Shown here piece by piece: positions 10,045 to 20,189 of a stretch of 64,000 nucleotides of DNA. The notes beneath the pieces are model-generated. The model did not search any database, was not told where the DNA came from, and was given only the letters and a program-made list of their open reading frames with translations. Location: contig CP070695.1 in the NCBI GenBank assembly GCA_020353515.1, forward strand, positions 4,657,414 through 4,721,413, written 5' to 3'. This stretch comes from Candidatus Heimdallarchaeota archaeon. Lineage in GTDB: Archaea; Asgardarchaeota; Heimdallarchaeia; Hodarchaeales; Hodarchaeaceae. Position numbers and translations under genes: made by a program. How positions within the stretch are numbered: position 1 is the stretch's first letter; every line of letters begins with the position of its first letter.

Positions 10045-10668
10045 TTATCTAGAGCGAACCTCATAACAAATAAGCTTTTCATTTTCGATCTTTCTTTGTG
10101 AAATGACACGAAAAATAAATTCTTCTTTGAAATCTCTCTCTAATGACTCGTTTTCATTGAAAATAGATGAGAGAAAAAAAGCTTTTCCGAAAAAGAATCG
10201 TGTAAGATCTTTAAGAAATTCTTGGATTACAGTTATGCCCTTGGGACCTCCTGCCCAACTTTTTTCCAAGAATCCCTTCCTCATTTCTTCAAGACTTGTT
10301 CTTACATATGGAGGGTTAAAAAATATGATATCAGGAGAAAATTTTGATGGATTAAAGGATCGAAGACGATCCATACACACAATATCATATTGGTTACGAG
10401 GGAGATGATCTTTCATGTTTTTAAAACTTAAAATGGCAGATTGATAAGAAAGGTCTGTTCCTATGAAGTTAATCATTGGATATTTTTTAGCTAATACAAT
10501 GGAAATGAACCCACTGCCTATTCCCACTTCACACACTAGGATTGAACGATTACGATTCAATATTTCTCGATGTAATTGTGTTTCTAGGACATCAACCATA
10601 AACCAAGTATCTTCTTGAGGGGGGTAAACATTTGGATTTTTTTTCAACTTTAATTCAGGAAAGGCCAT
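10045..10668 (-). CDS. HemK2/Mtq2-type release factor glutamine methyltransferase
   Basis: VYPPQEDT, EVGIGSG, NPPY and WAGGPKG are hallmarks of the archaeal/eukaryotic HemK2 family. Confidence 0.85.
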   Translation of the reverse strand: MAFPELKLKKNPNVYPPQEDTWFMVDVLETQLHREILNRNRSILVCEVGIGSGFISIVLAKKYPMINFIGTDLSYQSAILSFKNMKDHLPRNQYDIVCMDRLRSFNPSKFSPDIIFFNPPYVRTSLEEMRKGFLEKSWAGGPKGITVIQEFLKDLTRFFFGKAFFLSSIFNENESLERDFKEEFIFRVISQRKIENEKLICYEVRSR

Positions 10669-10700
10669 GATAGGCGATCCAAGATATCATTTAGCAATAT

Positions 10701-13592
10701 TCAATTTGATACAATGGCTTTCTCAATCTCTCCCAAAATTTCTTCTAGGGACTCCTTTACTCGTACTGAATAGAATCCACTTGAATATTGCAATAAATTC
10801 ATGTAAAATGAATTGGTATTGAGGAGAGAATGCCAACTTAGCAGAAGTAAAACTTTCCGAAGTGTCCACTCCTTTTTCTTCCAAACCTTTTTTAATTTGC
10901 CATAATCACATCCAAAATCTGGAATTACCCCTGAAACATGGAAAAATGTCGTTTCATCCTGTTCATCGGATTCAACTGCAATTTTTGATCCTAATATTCC
11001 TCTTAGGGAATTCATAGCTTCAACACTTGAAAGAGCTCCCATTTCTATTGTTGGCACAGGTTTCTTGTCCCTTTCGATAAAGAAAATATCAAGATCTGTT
11101 TTTATATAGTCTTTATCGATTATTTTTCCAGTCTCTTGGAAGATTCTAGAGATAGTATCCTTAGTATGATTTTCTAACACTTCTGTATAGCTTCTGTAAA
11201 TATCTTGGTTAGGATTTGATTTTAAGACTTCAATTGCTTCTTTAAGAAAAGGATAGGATTTCTTATGAACTAATGCGTTTGAGATTTCTAATCGAATATT
11301 TGTTGGTAAGGATCTATTTTTGGAACTGAAATAGTACGCACCCACGTTTTTCCATGTTATAAATTCCTCTTTTGTGATGATTTGATTGATAGATGCATTT
11401 ATCTTGTTAATTTTAGACGTAGGATCTTGTAGAAAGGTTTTATCACCCTTTGTAAGCGCTTTCCTGTCAATATTAAGGAACGGACACGCTTGAGAATATT
11501 GTTTTTGGAAATCTTTTTCGAATTTATTTATAGTTTTCTCAATATTGCCTGGTAAAGATGCATAGATCTTATTGATTGATTCTTTTGTTTTCTGGAGGAG
11601 TTTCTGGAAATTATCTTGGAGTTTATTAAGAAAACCACGATTTGAGGTTACTGATTCGAACTTTTTTTCCGCAATTTTCCCGTCAACAAATTCTAGAGCT
11701 GCATTCTTTGCTTTATCTAGATCTGATTGGATTTTTTCAATTAATTTTGTATATTCCTCTTGCGTTTTTTGTAAAATTTCAATTGTGGATTTAACAGGTG
11801 CAGATGAAAATGATAGTAACTTCAACTCGTTAAGTTCTAGATCGTAACCTTTGGAGATATCAATGGGATTTCGAGAAAGATACTTATTCAAATCCTTGAT
11901 TCGGTTTTCATAAGCAGCTTTAAACTCATCTAATCGTCGTTCTACTAACTGATGTTCTTTCTGGATATGGGTGATGTTTGCTTCATTGAATGCTGCAATT
12001 ATTATTTGAACATCCATTGTTGTACTGTCAACTCCTCCCTTAAATGCTTCAGGTTCTGGAAAAACTAAATTGAAGTCTAGATGTGGTCGGACTCTTTCTA
12101 AATAAGAATAGATTGAGAAGATCGCAAAACTATAAAGAATTTGATTACTGAACTCTGAAATGATCTTTACTGTGTTATTAAGATAATTATCTGGATTTTC
12201 TTCTCCAAGTGCAACTTGACAAATAAGTGAATTAACCCCGTAGCTCAATGAAGAGAATAGAGCTCGATAGAAAGGGAGAATGTCAGTTGCTCTCTTCACT
12301 TGAAAAGAAAGGGGATCAAGCTTTGTAATTTTATACTTCGTTATCATTTTTTGAACTGTTGAGAAGTGAGAGTCAGGGATTTGACCTTGTAATGCTGGTA
12401 GAACATCCGTTACATCAATTTTGGTCTCCATAGTCACTATTCTGAAGAGAATTTGCATGTATTTCCATGCAGTGAGTGTTAAACCAGCTGCAAATTGATC
12501 ACAAAAATTCCTGATATAGGGGATAACCAAATTTTCCTCTGTTTTGTAATCTTTTAACATATCAACTCCAATACGAGATAATGTCCCTGCTACATCATAT
12601 TCTTCATTTATTTTTGCAGTAAGATCCTCTATAGCTTTTTCAAATCCATTAATTGTAGGATCGATAAGAAAAAGAAGAGGAAATTCTCGGCGAAATTTTC
12701 TGAATATCTCATCCTCAAGTCGGGCATGAAGATTGGCTTTCGTTACTTCATTGAGCGCAAAATCGGCAAGAACTTCTTGTAAGTCGTTTTCTTCAAAATC
12801 TTCAATTATTTCTTTGAGACCCTCTTCCACTTTATTTTGTTTCTGAAGATTATCGATTTCTGATAGTATATGCTTTAAAAAATCTTTTTTAACGGAATCA
12901 ACTTTCGGGAATGTTACTAATGCATGGGGATGTTCGCTTGTCAAAAATTCTAGCATATCATTTGATAATTCAGCAATTAGATTGTTCCTATCATTTCGAA
13001 TTCTAGGATGGAGATCACTATATTTTCCTTTGAATTCAGATACTTTTACTAATGTTGTTGAGTATTCATAATCATTAATGGATTTAATGACTACTTGACC
13101 GACAGCAAAAAAAAACGTGTCTTTATTCATGGGGATCGATTTTCGCTTTCGTGCTTTCTTGATACTCTCAAGGAATAAGTCTAGAACATCGTTAACTCCC
13201 AATGCTCTAAACTCTCTCATTGTACGCTCATAGACTTCGGTCTGAATTGTATCCTCTGCAAATATTGTTACAAGCTCTTCATAATATTCGACCAAATCTG
13301 GAGCAACAACTCGATTTTCGGGAGAAATTAGTAAGAATTGGCCAACTAACTCCCCTGTTTCGTTTTTAACGAGAAATCTGCCAGTTCTATTACTGTGACT
13401 CCCGCCTACAAATCGTTCAGTATCACCCCCAATCTCTCCACCCAGCATCGTCTGAACAGCAGTTAACCCGCCAGTATAGACCTGCTCATCAAGGTCAGTT
13501 CTTAGACCAGGTTGTCCTAAACTAATTAAACTTAAACCTGAAACTGAAGCTAAACTAACCCAAACTACAGGTTCATAATCGTAATCGGTCAT
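10701..13592 (-). CDS. Large helical hypothetical protein with an N-terminal longin-like domain
   Basis: 963-aa ORF. The N-terminus (SGLSLI...DEQVYTGGLTAVQTML..EI) resembles the Asgard longin/roadblock-like pattern; the rest looks helical/coiled-coil. Confidence 0.5.
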   Translation of the reverse strand: MTDYDYEPVVWVSLASVSGLSLISLGQPGLRTDLDEQVYTGGLTAVQTMLGGEIGGDTERFVGGSHSNRTGRFLVKNETGELVGQFLLISPENRVVAPDLVEYYEELVTIFAEDTIQTEVYERTMREFRALGVNDVLDLFLESIKKARKRKSIPMNKDTFFFAVGQVVIKSINDYEYSTTLVKVSEFKGKYSDLHPRIRNDRNNLIAELSNDMLEFLTSEHPHALVTFPKVDSVKKDFLKHILSEIDNLQKQNKVEEGLKEIIEDFEENDLQEVLADFALNEVTKANLHARLEDEIFRKFRREFPLLFLIDPTINGFEKAIEDLTAKINEEYDVAGTLSRIGVDMLKDYKTEENLVIPYIRNFCDQFAAGLTLTAWKYMQILFRIVTMETKIDVTDVLPALQGQIPDSHFSTVQKMITKYKITKLDPLSFQVKRATDILPFYRALFSSLSYGVNSLICQVALGEENPDNYLNNTVKIISEFSNQILYSFAIFSIYSYLERVRPHLDFNLVFPEPEAFKGGVDSTTMDVQIIIAAFNEANITHIQKEHQLVERRLDEFKAAYENRIKDLNKYLSRNPIDISKGYDLELNELKLLSFSSAPVKSTIEILQKTQEEYTKLIEKIQSDLDKAKNAALEFVDGKIAEKKFESVTSNRGFLNKLQDNFQKLLQKTKESINKIYASLPGNIEKTINKFEKDFQKQYSQACPFLNIDRKALTKGDKTFLQDPTSKINKINASINQIITKEEFITWKNVGAYYFSSKNRSLPTNIRLEISNALVHKKSYPFLKEAIEVLKSNPNQDIYRSYTEVLENHTKDTISRIFQETGKIIDKDYIKTDLDIFFIERDKKPVPTIEMGALSSVEAMNSLRGILGSKIAVESDEQDETTFFHVSGVIPDFGCDYGKLKKVWKKKEWTLRKVLLLLSWHSLLNTNSFYMNLLQYSSGFYSVRVKESLEEILGEIEKAIVSN

Positions 13593-13758
13593 TGTGAAAG
13601 ACTCCTCGCGCTCTATTCAAAGTATTTAATTATATACAATTATAAAGGATGCATAAATTATACTATTATAAATTTAACTTAAATTGAACTAGAACCACGA
13701 AAGCAAGTAATTAAATCAGTGAAATCTTAAAGAAAACTGCAATGAAGGCCATGATACT

Positions 13759-14160
13759 TTGTTTCGAAAAAGATTGCGTGAATTATTAAAAATGATGGGT
13801 GTTGGAGACATTGATGACGAATTACTCGATTCCTTACAACGTCAGCTCTTTCAGTTTCTAGAATTTGACGATTCTGCTTTAACGGGTGGTATAACGTTTA
13901 AAACTGGAAGCATTTTAACTACAGTTCAAGTGCATAACTATCAAGAGATTCGGGATCAATTGCACCGAAGTTATGAAATGGGTGAACAACCAGAAAAAAT
14001 GAATCTTCGCTTGATAATGACAAGTCTTTGCCTTTACTTAAAAGAAAACAACAAATGTCAGGTCACCGATGAAATGTGTCTATTTCAAGCAGGATCAGAG
14101 TGGTGGAAATGTGAAATTGTTCACGCATCGTGTCAGAGTAACAACGAGGAATGGAAATAA
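13759..14160 (+). CDS. Hypothetical protein with Cys-rich C-terminus
   Basis: 133-aa ORF filling the intergenic gap; five Cys in the last 45 aa. Confidence 0.6.
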   Translation: MFRKRLRELLKMMGVGDIDDELLDSLQRQLFQFLEFDDSALTGGITFKTGSILTTVQVHNYQEIRDQLHRSYEMGEQPEKMNLRLIMTSLCLYLKENNKCQVTDEMCLFQAGSEWWKCEIVHASCQSNNEEWK

Positions 14161-14190
14161 TTCTCATAAACTTAATTTAGTAACATAATT

Positions 14191-14736
14191 TTATTTTTTA
14201 GACACATCAATAATAATCTGAATGATATTCTGCATGAAAAGAGATTTTCCAATGTTTTCTCGAACAGAAACAGGATAAATCGCTAAGTTTTGTGATTTAA
14301 CCCAATTTGCTATTGTTTTAGGGATTTCTTTTTTCCCTGTTTCAAATTTGTTTCCAACAAGCAAAATTTGATTAGGGGGGAGATGATTACAAGCTATAGT
14401 ATATAATTGTTCAATCTCCATTTGAGAATCTTTATTTTTATAGTCAAAAATTAGGATGGCAATTGAAGCAGCCTTTAAAAAAGAAGAAATCGAATTTGAA
14501 TAGACATCATTGCCTGAGACATCACAAAGTTGTAGAAAATATTGATTATCTCCTAGAATTGTGTCTACATTGTAAAACCTTACTCCTATAGAAGGTTGAT
14601 ACTCCTCTGAAAACGGAAGATCAAGAATCCAGTGGACAATCGAGGTTTTTCCTACTTCTGGTCTTCCAAGAAAAACAACTCTAAAATAGTCCGCTAATGT
14701 TGCCTCTGACGAAGATAAACTCATTGAAAACACCAT
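14191..14736 (-). CDS. Rab/Ras-like small GTPase (divergent)
   Basis: G1 GRPEVGKTS, G2 YQPSIGV, G3 DVSG, G4 NKFE, G5 VSVRE. Confidence 0.85.
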   Translation of the reverse strand: MVFSMSLSSSEATLADYFRVVFLGRPEVGKTSIVHWILDLPFSEEYQPSIGVRFYNVDTILGDNQYFLQLCDVSGNDVYSNSISSFLKAASIAILIFDYKNKDSQMEIEQLYTIACNHLPPNQILLVGNKFETGKKEIPKTIANWVKSQNLAIYPVSVRENIGKSLFMQNIIQIIIDVSKK

Positions 14737-14741
14737 ATGTG

Positions 14742-15719
14742 TTAAAGTCGGATATTTTCAAAGATTATTTCAGGACGACCCTCTATAGCCTTTTCTTTCC
14801 AGAGTTCAAAGGGGATTGATCTTTTTTCACCATTTCCTCTTACTACAATCCCTCGATACTTTCGCATGATCTGTACTGCAACCCATGAAAACCCTTGTGC
14901 GACAATACAGATTTTAGATAGTCCTTTAAACTCCTCTAATTCCTGATTCAATAATGGACCAACGATTTTTTCGATATCTTTTGAATCAACTGTTCCACGG
15001 ACACAGAACACCCAGATTCGCATACCCTGTCCATCATAAGCTATTAAATCGTAAGGTCCTGATTCCACTAGAGAACGAGAAGGTTGGATAAACACTATAT
15101 CTGCAATATTGTTTGCAAAAACAGAAAAACGTAGTGGTAAACCTTCAGGGTCATGACCGATCAACATGGAATGAAGAATTTCAATAAACTTCGGTGAAAC
15201 ACTTGCTAGGGTTAGAAGAATTGCCTCATTATCACCAGAGAGATTTGAAATCACATTTTCTCCAATACCGAATTGCTCTTGAGCAAAGTTGCTAATAACC
15301 TGTGGTGTAAGACCAGAAATTCGAGTCATTTCTGTGATGAGGGATTGATGAAAAGCACTAGTTGTTTTGGTGTCATATAGCATAGAAAGGGTTTCAACAG
15401 GTCTTCCTGTTTTCTTTTGTAGAAGGGTTGATCTAAACTTTCCACTTCTGCTTAATTTACGGCTATCCATCAGGAAACGCGCTTTCTCTAAGGCAATTTC
15501 TTCGAGAGATTGTGTTATTAGAGATGTACTGCAATCAACACAGGAATATTGGATTTTATTAGACAAAAATTGTCGTACAACGCCTATTTCACAAAAAAAG
15601 GAGGATCTGCAATGAGGACAGAAATGAGCCATGAAAGCAGCGTTTTTATCGCTGAGATCCCGACTAGGCCCCCCTTCTAATACACAGGGCCGACAATTAC
15701 TATCACAGTGCATTTTCAA
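14742..15719 (-). CDS. Zn-ribbon protein with a C-terminal Mrr-like restriction-endonuclease fold (probably degenerate)
   Basis: N-terminal Cys pairs (CRPC, CPHC, CVDC). C-terminal YDLIAY..RIWVFC...VDSKDIEKI...IVAQGFS resembles Mrr_cat but lacks the (E/Q)xK motif. Confidence 0.45.
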   Translation of the reverse strand: MKMHCDSNCRPCVLEGGPSRDLSDKNAAFMAHFCPHCRSSFFCEIGVVRQFLSNKIQYSCVDCSTSLITQSLEEIALEKARFLMDSRKLSRSGKFRSTLLQKKTGRPVETLSMLYDTKTTSAFHQSLITEMTRISGLTPQVISNFAQEQFGIGENVISNLSGDNEAILLTLASVSPKFIEILHSMLIGHDPEGLPLRFSVFANNIADIVFIQPSRSLVESGPYDLIAYDGQGMRIWVFCVRGTVDSKDIEKIVGPLLNQELEEFKGLSKICIVAQGFSWVAVQIMRKYRGIVVRGNGEKRSIPFELWKEKAIEGRPEIIFENIRL

Positions 15720-16142
15720 GAGTCAATACCTCATATTTTCCCTTCTTAGACATAGTAAATTACCGATTATACAATGAACTCTGAGATTCTAAATCACTTA
15801 CTACGCTCTATTTCAAGAATTTAAAAGTAATTCCAAATGACTGCAGTTGTTCATCTTAAAAAATCTTTCTTTGAGTTTATTAAGTAAAACCTTGATAAGT
15901 GGCTAGACTCACATATCGATTAATTTACTTCGTAATCTAAGTTACAAATAATGCAAATGCTCCAATATCAACAGTTTTTTATCTTCTATTGCTGTAATTT
16001 TTATTATTGGATCAACGAGAGTTAAAAATGGTACTTAAATTGATTCAAAAAATTTGAGAAGAGATTTTCGAATGTTATATCAAGTACTTATCTAACTAAG
16101 TTTATTCGTGAAATCTTGTTACATTAAGGAGACCATAACAAA

Positions 16143-16574
16143 ATGAGATACGTTCACCAAACTAATCAAGAGAGTTATCTTCTCCGCCTTTTTCGGGGAG
16201 AGGATATCATTGAATCCTTACAAAAATTTTGTAAACACCACAATCACATTGGATCTGGACGAATACAGGGGATTGGTGCTGTTTCTGCAGCTAAGATTGA
16301 TTTCTTTAATGGAATTGAATACATAACAAATACTTTCTCAGAAAACCTTGAACTTCTGTCCTTAACTGGTAATATCGCTCAAGACAAGATAGTACACCTA
16401 CATGGAGTTTTTGGGAGATCTGATGGATCTTGTGTTGGTGGACATATCATGTCTGGTTGCATTGTATCTGTCACCTGTGAAATTCAAATTTTAGTTTTAG
16501 ATCCTCAGGTTACTCGGGAAGAAGACCCACACACAAAATTGAAACTATTAAACCTACCAAACGAAATTAAATGA
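16143..16574 (+). CDS. PPC/DUF296 domain protein
   Basis: LRLFRGEDI, GIGAV, ELLSLTGNI, HLHGVF, GGH, TCEI. Confidence 0.9.
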   Translation: MRYVHQTNQESYLLRLFRGEDIIESLQKFCKHHNHIGSGRIQGIGAVSAAKIDFFNGIEYITNTFSENLELLSLTGNIAQDKIVHLHGVFGRSDGSCVGGHIMSGCIVSVTCEIQILVLDPQVTREEDPHTKLKLLNLPNEIK

Positions 16575-16605
16575 ATTGTAATATACAAGAAAGAGATGAA
16601 ATATT

Positions 16606-16965
16606 TTGAGACGAGCAATTAAAGTAGGAAAAGTAGCAGGACCCTATTCACCTGCAATTGAAACTTCTAGAAAAAAACAGATTTTTGTTTCAGGACAAAT
16701 TGCATCCAATTTAGATGCTGATATTCAAACTCAAACAAGAGAAATAATTAATAAAATTGAAGCAATCCTTGGAGAAGCAGAGGCGTTTTTAAGTGACATT
16801 GCAAAAACTACAATTTATCTAGTAGATATGAATGATTTTTCTGCTGTAAATGAAGAGTACGCAAAATATTTTCCTTCAGATCCACCAGCTCGAGCAACAA
16901 TTCAAGTAGCAGCACTCCCATTAGGTGCTCGTATTGAGATTGAAGCAATTGCAGCCCGAGACTGA
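16606..16965 (+). CDS. ridA: RidA/YjgF family enamine deaminase
   Basis: GPYSPA, FVSGQI, KTTIYL.DMNDF..VNEEY, PPAR, LPLGARIEIEAIA. Confidence 0.92.
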   Translation: MRRAIKVGKVAGPYSPAIETSRKKQIFVSGQIASNLDADIQTQTREIINKIEAILGEAEAFLSDIAKTTIYLVDMNDFSAVNEEYAKYFPSDPPARATIQVAALPLGARIEIEAIAARD

Positions 16966-17011
16966 AACAGTACTTCTATAAACGATTCCTAAGGAAACCA
17001 TTAATGTTAAC

Positions 17012-18847
17012 TTAGGCATATTCTATCTCGAGCTGCCCACTCCCTTCTTGGATACTTTGTGCAAGTGTAACTAAAGTATAAGGGACCTCTCGTCGGCTTA
17101 AATAATCCAGAATCATTTCAAACCTTGTAGGATCGTAATCTAAAGTCACCTTATCCAACACGAAGAGCGGATAATCGGAAAGATATTCCTCACGTCCAGC
17201 TAACATAACAATTAATGCAATTGTTATTCTTTCACTATCACTTAAGCTTTCTATTGGTTGATCAATCATTTTTCCCTTCCGTTTTCGTTTAACGATTAAA
17301 TTGAAATTTGGATTGATACGAATATCTTCGAAATCTTGGTATGACATTAATTGATATACTTTCTTGATTTGGTGATTAAAGTTCTCTATGACACCTAATT
17401 TGACTGTTTTTTCTCGTTCTTCTAGGAAAGTTTGTAACTCACCATAAAAATCATATTCAGATTGCACTTGGTCAATCTGATCAATACGTTTTGATTTTTC
17501 ATCTATCTGTTTGTCGAGTTGTTCTATTTTCCCCAAAATTCTTTGAATCTTTGCATCAAGCTCATTTATCAACTTGATAGAATCAGCTCGTCCCTGATCA
17601 ATGGACTTCTCAAGAATTTTTAACTCAGATTCTTTTTTAGAATAATCACGCTCTGATGATTCAATATCTTTTTTCTTTTCTTTAATTTCTTTTTGTAATC
17701 GTCTAATTTCTTGTTTTGCCTTACTAATTCTTATCTGATTATCATTTTTTATTTTATGAATGAGGACTTCTAAATCTTCTTTCCGCCGTTCTGCATCATC
17801 GATTTGAAATTCTAATTCACGAATACGTTTACTGAGATGAGAATCATCAACGAGTAATTTATCTTCACGGGTTTTGGCGTGTTTTTCGGTATATGGTCGT
17901 CCACAAACGATACATTTTCGTAAATCAGGCATCCGTTGAGAAAGAGATATCCAGTTTCGTACCTCCTTAATTGATTTCTCAGTCTCTTTTTTCTCATTCC
18001 TCACTTCATCTAAATATCGTCTATATTCTCTGATCTCATCAGCTATCCGAGCAATCTCCTGATCAACGCTCGGGTGTTCTACCATGAAATTTTTTATTTC
18101 TTCTTCCATTAATTTAATTTGAACCTGTGTATCGCGATTTCTGGCCATATTTAATTTTATAATGTCAGAATCAGTTTCTATTTTATTCTTGAGAGCAAGA
18201 ACTTCCTTGGATAGTTTATGATAGCGATTTTCTATCTCTGAATATGATTGAATCTCTTCCATGTTGATATCAGGAAGCGTTTCTCTTTCGATTTTAGCTT
18301 TTTCTAGCTCATTCTCTAGCTGTGAATGTTCCTGTCGCATACTATCAATATCGGATTCATACATTAGATAAATACGGAGATCTTTCTTTAAATTTGTCAG
18401 AAGAGATTTAAGATATGATATTAAAAAGGTATAATACGTTACATCAGAATATTGAGTTAAGAGCTTCTCCAATTTCCTCCCAGTAGTGATTGCAGTAATG
18501 AGTTCATTATCTGGGGTTGCTAGAGTGAAAAGATTTGCTTTTTGATTTTCTGGATGAAAAGGATTTCCAGTAACATTTAATTTATTACCTCCTTTAACCT
18601 CAAACTTCCGCTCACAAACGACTTTTCCTTTTTGCTTAAGTTGAACACGTCCTTTATTCGCAAAAAGATTGAGATAATATCTTCGAGTTTCAATCTTTTC
18701 CTGAGGTAAGTTCAATAATTCGAATCCACGAACCAATGAACTTTTCCCAGTAGCATTTGGTGCTTTAATTAAGTTCTTACCTTCTTTGAAGTCCATCGCA
18801 ACTTTATCGATCCCTCCTATATTTTCCAAGATGATGTGCAAGGTCAT
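17012..18847 (-). CDS. Archaea-specific SMC-related coiled-coil ATPase (Sph/ClsN-like) with zinc hook
   Basis: ENIGGI, Walker A APNATGKSS, long coiled coils, central CIVC, signature LSDSE, Walker B variant FVLDK. Confidence 0.8.
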   Translation of the reverse strand: MTLHIILENIGGIDKVAMDFKEGKNLIKAPNATGKSSLVRGFELLNLPQEKIETRRYYLNLFANKGRVQLKQKGKVVCERKFEVKGGNKLNVTGNPFHPENQKANLFTLATPDNELITAITTGRKLEKLLTQYSDVTYYTFLISYLKSLLTNLKKDLRIYLMYESDIDSMRQEHSQLENELEKAKIERETLPDINMEEIQSYSEIENRYHKLSKEVLALKNKIETDSDIIKLNMARNRDTQVQIKLMEEEIKNFMVEHPSVDQEIARIADEIREYRRYLDEVRNEKKETEKSIKEVRNWISLSQRMPDLRKCIVCGRPYTEKHAKTREDKLLVDDSHLSKRIRELEFQIDDAERRKEDLEVLIHKIKNDNQIRISKAKQEIRRLQKEIKEKKKDIESSERDYSKKESELKILEKSIDQGRADSIKLINELDAKIQRILGKIEQLDKQIDEKSKRIDQIDQVQSEYDFYGELQTFLEEREKTVKLGVIENFNHQIKKVYQLMSYQDFEDIRINPNFNLIVKRKRKGKMIDQPIESLSDSERITIALIVMLAGREEYLSDYPLFVLDKVTLDYDPTRFEMILDYLSRREVPYTLVTLAQSIQEGSGQLEIEYA

Positions 18848-19017
18848 TTTTTAACAGCTCTCCAATTATTAATGTATTTTTGCAGAATACGTGCGATAGG
18901 ATCATTTTTTTTCGGAGGTTGCGTCGGTAAGGAGCTGAGCTGCTTAAGATGGTTGATCAACTCAGTTTCAGCTGAATGGAGAACACTCTCCCTATCATCT
19001 GCCTTTCTTTTAACCAA
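18844..19017 (-). CDS. Small hypothetical protein (57 aa), not in the ORF track
   Basis: GGAGG 8 nt before a TTG start; reads MVKRKADDRESVLHSAETELINHLKQLSSLPTQPPKKNDPIARILQKYINNWRAVKK. Its TGA overlaps the SMC-like gene's ATG (ATGA). Confidence 0.65.
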   Translation of the reverse strand: MVKRKADDRESVLHSAETELINHLKQLSSLPTQPPKKNDPIARILQKYINNWRAVKK

Positions 19018-19056
19018 AATTCCATCCTCCAGTTATCTGGGTCTTCCTCCTCAAAG

Positions 19057-19452
19057 TCAGGTTAGTTTCCATTGAACAGAGAAACGTTTTCTCTTCACTT
19101 GCTGTAAAAGGTTGGTTATTTCTCTTGGAAGCTGTTCGTTTTTCTCGTTTTGTAGTACTTTGTGAACTCGATTTTTGTCCTTTAGCCAAGAGGCCATCCT
19201 TCCTAACTCTGAATCTTCTAAAAAATCTTCTATTCGGAGCGGTTCGAGGATTGATACTTCAATGTTTCCTTTATGTTTTTGCATTTCGGGTAAAATTAAT
19301 GCCATACTATTCCCTGTATTCTTCATAAGGAATAGTCCTTCAACTAACTTACCTGCAAAGAGGTCAGGGTAGAGGTTAAGGTATCTAGCAAAGGTTCGAC
19401 GTAATGAAGTTGTTCTAAGATAAACCATTAGCATAACTATGAGAAGTCCCAC
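19057..19452 (-). CDS. Hypothetical protein, first gene of the putative SMC-like operon
   Basis: 131-aa ORF co-oriented with the 57-aa ORF and 39 bp upstream of it; start uncertain. Confidence 0.6.
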   Translation of the reverse strand: MGLLIVMLMVYLRTTSLRRTFARYLNLYPDLFAGKLVEGLFLMKNTGNSMALILPEMQKHKGNIEVSILEPLRIEDFLEDSELGRMASWLKDKNRVHKVLQNEKNEQLPREITNLLQQVKRKRFSVQWKLT

Positions 19453-19640
19453 CTTTTTTATTTTCAGTGGTTTTAATAATGCTTTAAACTGAATTATGGT
19501 CTTAAGTTGAGCTGGTAGAGTGACTGGATTTGATTCTTTTTAACTTTGTTGAAGAAGTCTATTTAATTCACCAACTTAAATGCATATTGAATTTCTTTGA
19601 ATTAGAATTCCTTTAAGCTGATCTTGGTAATTCAGGAGAA

Positions 19641-20177
19641 ATGATTGCTATGGTACATATAAATATAGAGTTTAAGGCGCAGTGTAATGATCCCGAAAAA
19701 ATCAAAAAAATTCTTACTTCAAGAAATGCTGACTATAAGGGGTTAGATCGCCAGGTAGATACGTACTTTAAAGTGAATACGGGAAGACTGAAGTTAAGAG
19801 AAGGAGACATTGAGAAAGCTTTGATTTTCTATAGTCGAAAAGACACTAAAGAACCTAAACAATCAAATGTTACACTTTTTCCTGTTGATTCCAATTCATC
19901 CACTCTTTTGAAAGAAATTTTGGTAAAATCTTTAGGTGTTCTTGTAATCGTTTCTAAACAAAGGAGTATCTATTTTATTGATAATATTAAATTTCACATT
20001 GATACAGTAGAGGAGTTAGGTTCGTTTGTGGAGGTAGAAGCTATAGATATTAATGGTACTATTGGGGTTACCAAACTACAAGAAGAGTGCCAGTTTTTTC
20101 TAAAATTATTTGAAATCCCTGAAGAAGACTTGATATCTACATCGTACAGTGATTTATTATTAAAAAAACTATCCTAA
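19641..20177 (+). CDS. CYTH family (class IV adenylate cyclase-like) protein
   Basis: NIEFKA, QVDTYF, RLKLRE, HIDTVEELGSFVEVE, SYSDLL. Confidence 0.9.
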   Translation: MIAMVHINIEFKAQCNDPEKIKKILTSRNADYKGLDRQVDTYFKVNTGRLKLREGDIEKALIFYSRKDTKEPKQSNVTLFPVDSNSSTLLKEILVKSLGVLVIVSKQRSIYFIDNIKFHIDTVEELGSFVEVEAIDINGTIGVTKLQEECQFFLKLFEIPEEDLISTSYSDLLLKKLS

Positions 20178-20189
20178 AAAGAAGCAATT

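Noticed and set aside
17012-18847. Canonical Rad50/SbcC or condensin SMC
   Set aside because: It is too short, has no hinge domain, has LSDSE/LDK instead of LSGGE/LDE, and has no adjacent mre11 or scpAB.
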